This document shows positions 1-9,455 of a DNA stretch of 62,259 nt, in pieces. Under the pieces are notes generated by a model, which worked only from the letters and a program-made list of their open reading frames with translations, was not told where the DNA came from and did not search any database. How positions within the stretch are numbered: the stretch's first letter is position 1; each line of letters begins with the position of its first letter. Source of the DNA: Microlunatus sp. (lineage in GTDB: Bacteria; Actinomycetota; Actinomycetes; Propionibacteriales; Propionibacteriaceae); NCBI GenBank assembly GCA_030452945.1, contig JAKDLH010000001.1:1-62259 (forward strand), written 5' to 3'. A program made the translations under genes and the position numbers.

Positions 1-1206
1 CGCCGGAGCAGTCGGACCAGATGATGCTGCCCGATCTGGGGAAACGTCGCCGACCGGGACCAGCACAGCCGCGGGCGGGACCAGCACAGCCGCGGGCGGG
101 ACCAGCACAGCCGCCGGTGGGTCCAGCACAGCCGCGGGCGGGCTTGACCCACCCTCCGGCGACACCAGACCGAGCGCGATCTCCAGCTCCGGCTCGTCGC
201 TGATCACCACCGGCAGATCGAACTCGCGGCGCACCAGCTCGGCGACGATCGGCATCCGGCTCGCCCCGCCGACCAGGGCGACGCCGACGAGTTGATCGAC
301 CGGTACCGGGTTACGGTTCAGCAACTGAGTGGCCATCGCCAGCCCGTCCCGCAGATTCGGACGAATCAGGGACTCGAACTCGTCTCGAGCCAAGGTCACG
401 GTTTTGGAGAATCCCGGCATCCCGACGGTGACCGAAGCTTCAGGTGAACTGGACAGGATCTCCTTCGCTTGCCGGCAAGCCCGTCGCACCTCCACCGCCC
501 GGGCCCGCGCCGCCGGATCGTCGGAGGTCAGCTCTCGTCCATGATCACCGAGGCTCCCTCCGACCAGCCGGAACACCGCCTCGTCGAAGTCGTCACCGCT
601 GGGGTGCGGGGCGCAAATGTGGTCGATCACCTCGACCCCGGTGGAGGTTCGCTGGGCCAACGCCGCGGTACACGAGCCCCCACCGAGGTCGACGACCAAA
701 AACTGAGCATCCGGTCCTGGGTCAGCCCTGGCCACCACCCCCCGCGCCGCCGCAGCGACGTCCGGCACCAGGCGGCAGTTGGGCAGATCCGCCTGCGCCG
801 TCGCGCGAACCAGGCAGGAGCGTTGATAGTCGTCCCAGCCGGCAGGTTGGCTGACCATCGTGGCCGCGGGCGGCCCCCCGTGCTCGCGAGTCGCCGCCTC
901 GACCACGTAGGTCAGGATCGCCGCGACGGCGTCCGCCGCGGCGACATGCTGGATGCCGTCGTCGAACGCCGGAAGATCGTCGGCCAATCGCCGCACCGGG
1001 TCGGATACGGCGCGGAAGGGATCACTGGCGGCTTGGGTCGACGCCTCCGAGCCCAGCAGGAGCGCACCGTCGGAAGTGACGTAGAGGACCGACGGCAACT
1101 CGACCCGCTCGGCGGCGAGCCGGAGGGCCTGAGCAGGCGCGCCGTCGAGCGACACGGCAGCGGCCGTGTTGGTGGCTCCCAGATCGATGCCCAGCCGGTA
1201 GATCAT
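1..1206 (-). CDS. Hsp70/DnaK-family (actin-like ATPase fold) protein, degenerate; 3' end lies outside the window
   Basis: Absent from the ORF track because it has no stop in the window. ATG at 1206 gives MIYRLGIDLGATNTAAAV. In-frame motifs: SQPAGW, VVDLGGGSCT, SGDDFD, LVGGASRMP, PELEIALG. Confidence 0.8.
   Translation of the reverse strand, partial: MIYRLGIDLGATNTAAAVSLDGAPAQALRLAAERVELPSVLYVTSDGALLLGSEASTQAASDPFRAVSDPVRRLADDLPAFDDGIQHVAAADAVAAILTYVVEAATREHGGPPAATMVSQPAGWDDYQRSCLVRATAQADLPNCRLVPDVAAAARGVVARADPGPDAQFLVVDLGGGSCTAALAQRTSTGVEVIDHICAPHPSGDDFDEAVFRLVGGSLGDHGRELTSDDPAARARAVEVRRACRQAKEILSSSPEASVTVGMPGFSKTVTLARDEFESLIRPNLRDGLAMATQLLNRNPVPVDQLVGVALVGGASRMPIVAELVRREFDLPVVISDEPELEIALGLVSPEGGSSPPAAVLDPPAAVLVPPAAVLVPPAAVLVPVGDVSPDRAASSGPTAPA
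58..141. repeat. 21-bp tandem repeat, about 4 copies, encoding PPAAVL(V/D) in the Hsp70-like CDS
   Basis: Unit ccagcacagccgcgggcggga is repeated directly in the sequence. Confidence 0.9.
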
Positions 1207-1239
1207 CCGCACCCCCTCACCAGGAGGCTCTCGCTTGCC

Positions 1240-1782
1240 TCACGATACTCGCGGCTGCACCGCGATCGTGACGATGACGTGGGCGGGTGCGACCGACCGC
1301 ACCAAAGCGTCGAGGCGGTCGGTGTCGACATCGGCGACCGGTGCTCCGACGACGACGCGCAGGAGCGGAACTTCTTCGCCGGGCAACGGCCCGCCCGGGC
1401 TGGGCGACCAACGGGCGCCGCCGGACTCGCTGACCTCGACATCCACCCCGAGGGCACTCTGCAGCGCGAGCTCGATGCTGCGGCGGGTGCCTCGGGTCGG
1501 GTTCAACGACCCGGCCACGGCCAGCTCATGGCGCTGGAGACCGGGTTCGGTGCCGGGGTCGACGCTGAGCCCGACCCACTGCGCCAACCAGACGATCATG
1601 TCGTCGGGGGTGGTCGCCGGATCGAGGTAGTCGGCAAAGGTGTCCAGGGTCAACAGGACGGGCGCGAGGACCGCGTCGAAGCTCGCGCACAACTCGTTGG
1701 CGAACCGATCTTCGCTCATCATGGCCGGCAGCGTGTCCGCCAGTGGATGGGGTGACGTCAGCCCGGCCACCAAGCCCCTCAT
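1240..1782 (-). CDS. CIS phage tail protein (P2 gpI-like baseplate wedge)
   Basis: MRGLVAGL...YLDPATTPDDMIVWLAQWVG...RGTRRSI. ATGA overlap with the baseplate gene stop. Confidence 0.85.
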   Translation of the reverse strand: MRGLVAGLTSPHPLADTLPAMMSEDRFANELCASFDAVLAPVLLTLDTFADYLDPATTPDDMIVWLAQWVGLSVDPGTEPGLQRHELAVAGSLNPTRGTRRSIELALQSALGVDVEVSESGGARWSPSPGGPLPGEEVPLLRVVVGAPVADVDTDRLDALVRSVAPAHVIVTIAVQPRVS

Positions 1783-3719
1783 CGGGTCACCCGCACCTGG
1801 TGGTCGAAGGAGTAGACCAGAGCCGTGGGCGGCAGATCGATCCGCTCGACGGCGGCGTCCCGCCGTCCGCTGTCGGCCTCGGCGGGATAGAGCGCGACTC
1901 GCACCTCCCGGGACATGTCCACCCCGGGGATCCGCGCCAGGGCAGCGTGCACCTCGTGCGACTGGACCGAGCGCCCGAATGGCCACCCGGCGCCATCCGG
2001 GCCGCCGACCAGGGGGTGGTAAAGCTGATAGAGGGCCCGCTGTACCTCGGTCCGCACCTCTTGCGGGTCGAACCGCGAGCGACAGCTCAGACTGACGACC
2101 GCGGTCAGCCACCGGTAGTCGGGTGGCTGAACCAACAGCCGGGTGCCGACCAGACGACGCTCGTCGAGCGCGTTGCTGATCCGTTCCAGGATCTGCCAGG
2201 GCGGGTCGAGGTCGGCCCGCTCGATTCGCCCCGCCTCGTCGCTGGCTACGTGCGGCACGACGAGCACGCGGACCCCGGCGGTGGCGCCGGGCTCAGGTAC
2301 GCAGGCCACTCGGGCGGCGTCCGGGGCGACGTCGCGGGCCAACTCCTCGAAGTCCTCGGCCGTCACCGCGCGGCCACGCGACCGCAGCAGCAGCGGACCA
2401 CGGGCCTTGGCGTCGGTCAAGGTCTCCGGTTCAGCGCCGCCGATCGCCGGAGCGCGGTTCTCGACCCGGGAGACGTAGGGGATGGAGGTCTTCATCACCC
2501 GGACCTGGCCCCGGGCCACATTGCCGGCCTGGCCACCGCCGGTGCGGTAGCTGTCGAGTCGGATGATCGCTCCGGCCGGCGGCACGGCCCCGTAGCTGAT
2601 CAACTCTCCGCCGGCGGCACGGATCGCCGGACCGAAATGCACTTCGCCGGCGTAGGCGTCGACCCGAAAGTGTCGATCGGACGGGCCGGACTGCGCGAAG
2701 TGCGCCACCTCGGTCCAGGTCTCCCGGTCCTCCCCGGCGAGCACCGTACAGGTGAGCGGAATGTCGGCGGCCACGACCGGCCGGCGACGTAACGCGAACC
2801 GTTGGCCCGGCGTTCCGTCGGAGCGACCGAGGACCTCTTCGCGAACGGTCTCGGCGTTGATGGTGGGAGCCGTACCGCCGATGGTGAACGCCTCGATGCC
2901 GATCACGGTGGGTGATTCGGTGTAGGTCGGCTGATCGGGCTGAGCCTGAACGAGTCGGCAGCGGATCCAGCCCGCCCGCTCCTTGGCGATCACCGACGTC
3001 TGGTGGTCGACCGGCACGTGGATGATCACATCGCCCGGCTTGTTCAGTCCACCGGTGTCGTCGGAGCCGAGATCGCAGGCCGACCAGCCCCCGCCGGTCC
3101 AAGCCTCCCAAATCACGGGTGGACGCCGTGGATCGACCCCTCGACCGGACACGGTGCAGTCGAGTCGCAGCAACACCGCACACGACCCGACCGCCTCACT
3201 CAGTCCGATGAGCAGGGCGTCACCGGCCACGGGGGCGGCGTTGAACGCCCGGAAACCCCCCCGACCGAGCGTCATCGTGGTGTCGACCGGCGGCGTTTGA
3301 AACGGTTGCGTAGCGGAGTGCGCGAAGGCGCAGGACACGATGGTGAGTTCGCGCGTGGTGCTGAAGACGACCGGATCACTGATGTCGGTCCGGGCGGTCG
3401 CGACCTGACTCTGGCCGCGGACGGTCACGTTCTGGGGTTGCGGGGCCGACAGCCAGAAGGTGGTTTCGCCGCGAGAGGCGGCTGAAGACCGCAGCTCGAC
3501 GCCGATCAGCTCCAGGAACTTGACGTAGTGCAGGTCGGGGACCCGGTTGAGGCGGTAAATGAGCTGGTCGACCATCTGGGCGACGGCCTCGATCAGGGTC
3601 ACCCCGGGATCGGAGACGTTGTGGTCGGTCCAGCTCGGGCAACGCTGTTGGACCAGACGCTTTGCGTCGTCGACGAGATCTTGGAAGTGGCGGTCGTCGA
3701 GATCGGGCGCAGGGAGCAT
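1779..3719 (-). CDS. CIS baseplate assembly protein (baseplate J / Afp11-like)
   Basis: MLPAPDLDDRHFQDLVDDAK, WTDHNVSDPGVTLIE, YRTGGGQAGNV, RAVTAEDFE. Confidence 0.9.
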   Translation of the reverse strand: MLPAPDLDDRHFQDLVDDAKRLVQQRCPSWTDHNVSDPGVTLIEAVAQMVDQLIYRLNRVPDLHYVKFLELIGVELRSSAASRGETTFWLSAPQPQNVTVRGQSQVATARTDISDPVVFSTTRELTIVSCAFAHSATQPFQTPPVDTTMTLGRGGFRAFNAAPVAGDALLIGLSEAVGSCAVLLRLDCTVSGRGVDPRRPPVIWEAWTGGGWSACDLGSDDTGGLNKPGDVIIHVPVDHQTSVIAKERAGWIRCRLVQAQPDQPTYTESPTVIGIEAFTIGGTAPTINAETVREEVLGRSDGTPGQRFALRRRPVVAADIPLTCTVLAGEDRETWTEVAHFAQSGPSDRHFRVDAYAGEVHFGPAIRAAGGELISYGAVPPAGAIIRLDSYRTGGGQAGNVARGQVRVMKTSIPYVSRVENRAPAIGGAEPETLTDAKARGPLLLRSRGRAVTAEDFEELARDVAPDAARVACVPEPGATAGVRVLVVPHVASDEAGRIERADLDPPWQILERISNALDERRLVGTRLLVQPPDYRWLTAVVSLSCRSRFDPQEVRTEVQRALYQLYHPLVGGPDGAGWPFGRSVQSHEVHAALARIPGVDMSREVRVALYPAEADSGRRDAAVERIDLPPTALVYSFDHQVRVTR

Positions 3720-4183
3720 CAGGCACCTCCGGTGACCAGCGGGCCGGTGACCGGCGTGTCGTCGTGACTGGGAATGACGTAGAACGGGAAGACGAGGTTC
3801 CGTGGGTCGTTGAGACCACGGATCTGGTAGGTGATGTCGACGTAGAGGCGCCCGGACTCCAGGGCCGAGAAGCTGACCGTGACGTCCAGCACGTCGACTC
3901 GCGGCTCCCACCGGTCCAGGGCTTGACGGACGTCGTACGCGATCTGCCCCGCGGTCGCGGACGTCGCGGTGTTGAAGACGTGGTCGTGGATCCGACAGCC
4001 GAACTCCGGGCGCATGGGTCGCTCTCCGCAGGCGGTGCCGAGGATCAGCCGGATCGCCTGCTCGATCTCGCGGTCCCGAGTGACCAGGGCGACCCCGCCG
4101 GTGGCGTCGGTGCCGAGCGGGAACGACCAGCCGGCGCCGACGAAGTCGATGCGGTCGTGGCCACGGGGCTCCAGCGCGGTCAT
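3719..4183 (-). CDS. GPW/gp25-family baseplate protein
   Basis: GAGWSFP, ILGTACGERPMRPEFGC, WEPRV, RNLVFPFY. Confidence 0.92.
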   Translation of the reverse strand: MTALEPRGHDRIDFVGAGWSFPLGTDATGGVALVTRDREIEQAIRLILGTACGERPMRPEFGCRIHDHVFNTATSATAGQIAYDVRQALDRWEPRVDVLDVTVSFSALESGRLYVDITYQIRGLNDPRNLVFPFYVIPSHDDTPVTGPLVTGGA

Positions 4184-4184
4184 G

Positions 4185-4466
4185 TCAGCCTCCGATGATC
4201 ACGGTCGGACAGCCGGCGACGATAGGCGCGCCGCAGGCGGACAGGTCGCCCATCCGGGCGGCGGGCAGACCACCGATCAGCACAGTGACACTGCCGGGCG
4301 GGACGATCGCCGAGGGTGGATGTGGCGGTGTTCCGGGGAACGAGCACACGTGCGGAGTGCCGACCGTCGCCGCCGGCAAGCCGCCGATGAGCACGGGCGG
4401 AACTCCCGGCGGACCGATGACTCCGGGATGACCGGTGGGATCGCCTACGCGGGCTGCGGGTGGCAT
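4185..4466 (-). CDS. PAAR-domain spike tip protein
   Basis: MPPAARVGD...PAATVG...PAARMGDLSACG. About 93 aa, no C-terminal extension. Confidence 0.92.
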   Translation of the reverse strand: MPPAARVGDPTGHPGVIGPPGVPPVLIGGLPAATVGTPHVCSFPGTPPHPPSAIVPPGSVTVLIGGLPAARMGDLSACGAPIVAGCPTVIIGG

Positions 4467-4495
4467 CGAACACCTCCTGGTTGATCTTGGACGGA

Positions 4496-6304
4496 CTAGT
4501 TGATCTTGACGAGCGAGCCGCGGACCGAGCACATCGCACCCGCCTTCAGCTCAGCGTTGGAGCGACCCTCGATGCTGACCGCGGTGCCGACCAGGGTGAG
4601 GCTGCCGGTGGCCGAGACGTCTACCGAGCCCTGCCCGCCGTCGACCGCGACCCCGGAGCTGCCGTTCAGACTGATCTTGTTGCCTTTCAGCTCAAGATCG
4701 GCGGACCCGGAGTCGATCGTCACGCCCTTGCTACCCACGATCTTGATCGTGCCGTCGGCCTGGAGGGTGATCGAGGTCTGGGCTTGATCCATGATCATCG
4801 TGAGCTGGTCGCCAGCGGTAGTCAGCCTGAGCCCGTCGGAGCCGGAGGCGTCCACCAGGTCGATCCGGTGGCCGAGCCGGGAGACCATCGAGCGCCGGTT
4901 GACCTGTCCGGTGCTGCCATCCACGGCGGTGACCGGGCCCGCCGGCGGCGTGTCGACCCCGTTGTACAGCCCGCCGAACACCACCGGGCGGTTGACGTCG
5001 CCTTGCTCGAAGCCGACCAGCACCTCATCACCCACCTCTGGCAGCACCTGCCAGCCCCGGTCCTGCCCTGCCCCGCTCTGCACCGTGCGTGCCCAACCAC
5101 TCACGTAGTCGTCTGAGAGCCACGGAAACGTCACCTTCACCCGGCTCTGCTGCTCGGGGTCGGAGACGTCGCTGACCTGACCGATGACCAGGGTGTGTGT
5201 CGATGGCCGGCGACCGCCTCCGGAGAGACCGAGCAACGTGCGGTCTCGTCGTCCGGTGACCGAGAACGCGGTGGTGTAACCGGTCAGTGGATCGAACCGG
5301 TGTCGCGAGGTGGTGATCGTGTACTTGCCGTCGAACGGCTCGCCGAGGCCGTCGATGCTCACGGCGGCGCCGGCACGGAGTTGGGGGTTGCCGCGCGCGG
5401 TGCCCTCGAACTCGGCGAAGGAGCTGCCGAGGTCGTCGGCCAGGGCCGCCGCGGACTGGTCCACCTCCGCCTGGGTCCGGTAGGGGATGTCGGTCGCGAC
5501 GTGACTCGACGAGCCGAAGATCTCGGCCAGCTGGGCAGCTGTGGTGGCCGGTAGCTCGATCCGGGTCGAGGTGACCGGCTCGGTCGCGGTGAGAGGTTGC
5601 TTGGTGGCCACGTCCCAGCCGCGGACCTCGACGGACTCGACCTGACCGGCGGAGGTGAGTACGGAACGGAAGCGCAGCAGGTCGCGGCCGAGTTGGAGGG
5701 CGAGCGGCTCGGTGTCCTGAACGCCCCCCGCCGTCGGGGCGGTGCCGGCGACCGCTGGCGGAGTGAGTGAGAACTTCCCTCCGCGCACGGCGATCTCCAG
5801 ATTCGTGGCCCGGGCCAACCCGGACAGGATGTCCCAGTCGGTCTGGCCGGTTTGGCTCAAATGCTCGTAGACGGTGGTCGTGGAGGTGACCTCCCCGATC
5901 TCCAGGCCGGCTCGCTGCGCGATCTGGGTGGCGATGTCGGAAGCGGTCATCTGCTGGTAGCCAGCCGTCCGGCGTCCCCGGAAGAGCCGGTGGGTCTGGT
6001 CGTAGCCGCGGATGACGGTGAAGGTTCCGCCGGTGTCGTACTCGGCCTCGAGCGCGGTGATCTCGCCGTGGATCAACGCCTGAGGTTGGGCGGCGGAGGC
6101 GACTTGGACGCTGATCTTGACCTGGGAGCCGATCTTGGCACTCAACTTGGTCAGCACCAGCCGGTTCGGGTCGCGGAAGCGGAGCGTGAAGGTGTCCGGG
6201 AGTTGCTGGCTGTCGTCGACATAGGCCGAGACAAGCAGGGGAACGATGTCGTCGGGGAGGGAGGCGCCGTCGATCTCGGCCAGACACGTGCTGGAGATGC
6301 TCAT
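4496..6304 (-). CDS. VgrG-like spike protein
   Basis: N-terminal gp27-like hub, OB-fold motif LPEVGDEVLVGFEQGD, beta-repeat C-terminus. Confidence 0.9.
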   Translation of the reverse strand: MSISSTCLAEIDGASLPDDIVPLLVSAYVDDSQQLPDTFTLRFRDPNRLVLTKLSAKIGSQVKISVQVASAAQPQALIHGEITALEAEYDTGGTFTVIRGYDQTHRLFRGRRTAGYQQMTASDIATQIAQRAGLEIGEVTSTTTVYEHLSQTGQTDWDILSGLARATNLEIAVRGGKFSLTPPAVAGTAPTAGGVQDTEPLALQLGRDLLRFRSVLTSAGQVESVEVRGWDVATKQPLTATEPVTSTRIELPATTAAQLAEIFGSSSHVATDIPYRTQAEVDQSAAALADDLGSSFAEFEGTARGNPQLRAGAAVSIDGLGEPFDGKYTITTSRHRFDPLTGYTTAFSVTGRRDRTLLGLSGGGRRPSTHTLVIGQVSDVSDPEQQSRVKVTFPWLSDDYVSGWARTVQSGAGQDRGWQVLPEVGDEVLVGFEQGDVNRPVVFGGLYNGVDTPPAGPVTAVDGSTGQVNRRSMVSRLGHRIDLVDASGSDGLRLTTAGDQLTMIMDQAQTSITLQADGTIKIVGSKGVTIDSGSADLELKGNKISLNGSSGVAVDGGQGSVDVSATGSLTLVGTAVSIEGRSNAELKAGAMCSVRGSLVKIN

Positions 6305-7092
6305 CGCGCCAGTTCCTCGGGTGAGGGGAGCAGAAGCACCGTGCCGGACCGTACCCGGAGGGGGTCGTCGACTCGGTTGAACTGCGCCAGTGCTCGCCAG
6401 GCGGCCGGGTCGCCGTACTCGGCAAAGGCGACTGAAGCCAGGGTGTCCCCGGCCACCGTACGGTGCACCCGTCGGACGTTCTGGCTTCCTGAGGTGGGGT
6501 TCTGCCGGAACGGCTCACCCGGCATCTCTTCCAGGCTCACCGAGCAGACAGCGCGGATCGGGGTACCGTCGGAGGAGAACAGGGTGAACTTCGCGCTGAC
6601 CGAGGTGACGAAGGCGGGGAAGCTGGAGATCGAGCCCCAGTGCAAGACCACCAGTGGCGGTGAGGGTTTCTTCTGCCCGGCGCTCTCTTCGGTCGCCACA
6701 CAGCACGACAGCAGCTTTTCCACCGCAGCCACGACCGAACCGTCTCGCGGTCCGGTGGCGTCGAAGAACATCTCCAAAGTCATCTTCGACGGTTCTGGAC
6801 CGGTGAATTCCGGAGGGCCCGCCTTCTTGGAACCCTTAGTGGGTTTGCGTTCCCACTTGGCGGACTTGGTGATCGTGACTTCCTTGGGGTTGAACTGGAA
6901 GGTGATCACGCCCCGGTTGGCTCCGGGCTGTCCGCCGCCGTTGGCTGAGGGCGATGGGTCGTAGAGCGTCAGCTTCGCCTTGTCCATCTGCGGTCGACCC
7001 TTGACTCCTTTGCCGCCGCCAGAGCCTGCGTCGTCGGGTTTGCCGAGGTCGGCCGCGGCGGCTGAGGTGAGAAGAGCAATGGGCTGATTCAT
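6301..7092 (-). CDS. CIS tube-initiator protein with C-terminal LysM domain (Afp7-like)
   Basis: FQFNPKE, LFSSDGTPIRA, QNPTSG, GDTLASVAFAEYGDPAAWRALAQFN. Confidence 0.85.
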   Translation of the reverse strand: MNQPIALLTSAAAADLGKPDDAGSGGGKGVKGRPQMDKAKLTLYDPSPSANGGGQPGANRGVITFQFNPKEVTITKSAKWERKPTKGSKKAGPPEFTGPEPSKMTLEMFFDATGPRDGSVVAAVEKLLSCCVATEESAGQKKPSPPLVVLHWGSISSFPAFVTSVSAKFTLFSSDGTPIRAVCSVSLEEMPGEPFRQNPTSGSQNVRRVHRTVAGDTLASVAFAEYGDPAAWRALAQFNRVDDPLRVRSGTVLLLPSPEELAR

Positions 7093-7105
7093 CGGGTCGT
7101 CCTGC

Positions 7106-7540
7106 TCACGCCGATCTGGGCAGGAAGCCGTGGTGGGCGAGTTCGACCGTCTCGGTGGCGACCTTGGGGCTGTCCGCGCTGAGGCTCGGGCCGGACCAGC
7201 GCACCGGGACCACCCCGTCGAGGTTCCAGGTCGCGACCACGTCTCGATCACCGGTCATGGCGGTGATGGTCGCTGTTTGCCGCTGCACCCCACTTGCGAA
7301 GCTGCACAACCACGCCGTCAGCTTCGCGCTGTCCTTTCCGACCGGGCGGGTGAGCTTGACGTTGCCGTACTTGATCCGGGTGGGAAGCTGCCAGACGAAG
7401 CCGTTGTTGCCGCCCTCTTCCCGCTGCTCGAGCACCACCTCCAGGCCCAGACCTTCGCAGGAATTGAACCAGCCGAGATCGTCGGAATCGATCTTGACGT
7501 AGAAACACACGCTGACCGCGGGATCGGAGTTGTCGGCCAT
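7106..7540 (-). CDS. Phage tail tube protein (T4 gp19-like), second tube
   Basis: FNSCEGLG, EEGGNNGFVWQLP, PVRWSGPSL, ETVELAHHG. Confidence 0.9.
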   Translation of the reverse strand: MADNSDPAVSVCFYVKIDSDDLGWFNSCEGLGLEVVLEQREEGGNNGFVWQLPTRIKYGNVKLTRPVGKDSAKLTAWLCSFASGVQRQTATITAMTGDRDVVATWNLDGVVPVRWSGPSLSADSPKVATETVELAHHGFLPRSA

Positions 7541-7599
7541 ATCAGGACTCCTCGATCTCGATGGGTGAAGCACTCGCACAGAGCTGCCAAGCGAGACCG

Positions 7600-9273
7600 C
7601 TAGACATCGCCGATCACCCCGGCTCGCTCCCGGTCCAGCCACAACTCGGCCCGCAGCCGAGCCGCCAGCGGCTCGTACAGGCGTCGGGCCATCTCGTCGA
7701 GATCGGCGGGGCCGGAGGGGCTGGCCGGTGGGGGTGACGCCGACGCGACGCTGCCCGCCGGCGGAGGCACGGTCTCGCCGGTGCTGGTGACCGCTTCAGG
7801 CGTCGAGATCGCGTCGCCGGCGGCCGCCAAGTCGGGCGCATCGTCAGGCTCCCGCTGCACCGGGGCGGCCGCACCGGACGCGGACCCGGCCAGAGTGCCG
7901 ACCACCTGTCCCGCGTGGACGGCCGGGCCGAACATGCTGGCGAACGACTTGGCGCTCGCGGCTTCCGATCGTGGTTTTGACGGCGGCGCCGGAACCGAAG
8001 AAGCAGGAATCCCCGCAGCTCCGGGAATCCCCGAAGCTCCAGGAATTTCCCAAGTCCTCGAAACCCTTTGCGTCACCGGCAGGCCGACCATCGTCGTCCC
8101 AAACTCTGCCGAAGGACGGGGACCGGTCGGTAGCGATCGCCCCGCCGCCGGTCCGGCTGAGTGACGCTGCCCCGCGCTGAGCGGGCGAATCACCAGCGGA
8201 TCCACCTGCCTCTGGACCGGCGCCACGGCGGGTGCGTGGACAGGCCCGCGATCGACGGCACTTGGTCGCGCGCCCGGCTCGGCCGCCGGCTCGAGAAGGT
8301 TGGGTACCCGGGCGACCACCGGAGCGACGTACGGGGCAGCGGCGGACGGCGACCGGGGCCGATCGCCCAGCGACGGCCCTTCGGCGGCGACCGGAACGCG
8401 CAAGGGGGCCTTTGGGGTCAGTGCCGTGCCGGTGGCCGGTTGGTGATCATGCTCGAGAGGGGCGGCTGGATCCGTCCGCGCCGGGGCAATGACGTGATCA
8501 GGTTCGGATGTCGTCGCCGGCGATGTCGGCGACGTCATTCCGATCAGGGGTGCGACCTCGGGTGTCGATACTTGTTCGGGGGGAGTCGCCGATGGGATCG
8601 GCTGGTCGACCACCGGCACGGAGCGGGAGACGATCGGTAGTCCGGTGACAGCACGCACGTTTGGCTCGGCCGCGTGGATCTTGGGAGCGAGCGTCCCCGT
8701 AGACGCAGTGGGCGTCCCCGTAGTCGGGGATTCGACACTCAAGACGTCGGCACTGGGCACGTCGGCGCTGGGAACGTCGGCACTGGGAACGTCGGCGTCG
8801 GAGACGTCGACGCTCGCGGGCTCGACGGCTGAGGCATCGCTCGTCGACTCCCACCGCACGGTGGGCAGATCCTCGGCGTCGGTCCAGGAGACCTGGCGCT
8901 GCACCGCGGCGGCGGTCCGACGAGATGGCTTGGACGCAACGGCGAACTCGAAACTTGAATCCGCGGTTGGGTGAGCATGGCTGGGCCGGGCCAAGCCATC
9001 GACCAGACCACCGACCGAGGGATCAATCTGGTGGGCGAGCGGCTGCAGGAAGCGCGGGTCATGGTGGGTCGCCAGACTGTCGGCGAAGTCGGGCGTGATC
9101 GCGACTCGTTGAATTGGGCGGCTCGCTGTGTGGCCGATGACTGGCACCTCTGGCCAGGCACCGTCCGGCTTATTCAGCCCCCGGGGAACAGGAGGTGGCG
9201 ACGCCGGCGTGGATTCCCTCGACAGAGATTGGCCACGGAACCGGTCCAGCCAGTCGGGCCACCAACCCATCAT
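7600..9273 (-). CDS. Pro/Ala-rich low-complexity CIS protein with conserved-looking C-terminal helix; occupies the tape-measure gene position
   Basis: 557-aa ORF with GGAGG RBS. C-terminus DLDEMARRLYEPLAARLRAELWLDRERAG. Confidence 0.75.
   Translation of the reverse strand: MMGWWPDWLDRFRGQSLSRESTPASPPPVPRGLNKPDGAWPEVPVIGHTASRPIQRVAITPDFADSLATHHDPRFLQPLAHQIDPSVGGLVDGLARPSHAHPTADSSFEFAVASKPSRRTAAAVQRQVSWTDAEDLPTVRWESTSDASAVEPASVDVSDADVPSADVPSADVPSADVLSVESPTTGTPTASTGTLAPKIHAAEPNVRAVTGLPIVSRSVPVVDQPIPSATPPEQVSTPEVAPLIGMTSPTSPATTSEPDHVIAPARTDPAAPLEHDHQPATGTALTPKAPLRVPVAAEGPSLGDRPRSPSAAAPYVAPVVARVPNLLEPAAEPGARPSAVDRGPVHAPAVAPVQRQVDPLVIRPLSAGQRHSAGPAAGRSLPTGPRPSAEFGTTMVGLPVTQRVSRTWEIPGASGIPGAAGIPASSVPAPPSKPRSEAASAKSFASMFGPAVHAGQVVGTLAGSASGAAAPVQREPDDAPDLAAAGDAISTPEAVTSTGETVPPPAGSVASASPPPASPSGPADLDEMARRLYEPLAARLRAELWLDRERAGVIGDV
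8744..8805. repeat. 15-bp tandem repeat encoding (VPSAD)n
   Basis: gtcggc(a/g)ctgggaac-like units; protein reads DADVPSADVPSADVPSADV. Confidence 0.85.
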
Positions 9274-9290
9274 CGACCTCCCTTCGGTGA

Positions 9291-9452
9291 TCAGCTTTGC
9301 TGAATGCGGGTGTTGAGGCTGCTGACCTCAGTGACGAAGCGCTGCCGCTCGTGATGCTCGAGATCGAGGATGTCGTCGCGGGACCAGTGCAGGTAGTAGG
9401 CGACGTACGCGATTTCGGCGTAGAGCCGGTCGACCGCGTACGTCTCTATTCC
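9291..9452 (-). CDS. DUF6760-like / P2 gpE'-like ORF with no canonical start codon; likely -1 frameshift extension of the upstream chaperone
   Basis: Reads GIETYAVDRLYAEIAYVAYYLHWSRDDILDLEHHERQRFVTEVSSLNTRIQQS*. No in-frame ATG/GTG/TTG. Lies in the -1 frame of 9446..9883. Confidence 0.75.
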   Translation of the reverse strand, partial: GIETYAVDRLYAEIAYVAYYLHWSRDDILDLEHHERQRFVTEVSSLNTRIQQS

Positions 9453-9455
9453 CCC
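9402..9455 (-). other. Putative -1 programmed ribosomal frameshift signal: slippery G GGG GAA (9455-9449) plus a 3' stem-loop (9444-9402)
   Basis: mRNA reads CUG GGG GAA UAG A GACGUACGCG-N23-CGCGUACGUC. Confidence 0.7.

Noticed and set aside
58-141. Possible CRISPR array
   Set aside because: Contiguous 21-bp in-frame coding repeats with no spacers and no cas genes.
469-1755. 428-aa plus-strand ORF, and many similar long ORFs (e.g. 10816..11997, 22103..23521, 56852..58693, 61172..62206)
   Set aside because: Antisense shadows of well-supported genes in high-GC DNA; no recognisable motifs.
9447-9449. ATA as an independent start codon for the DUF6760-like ORF
   Set aside because: Very rare start codon, with the G-run too close to serve as a well-spaced RBS; the frameshift explanation fits better, though this is not excluded.
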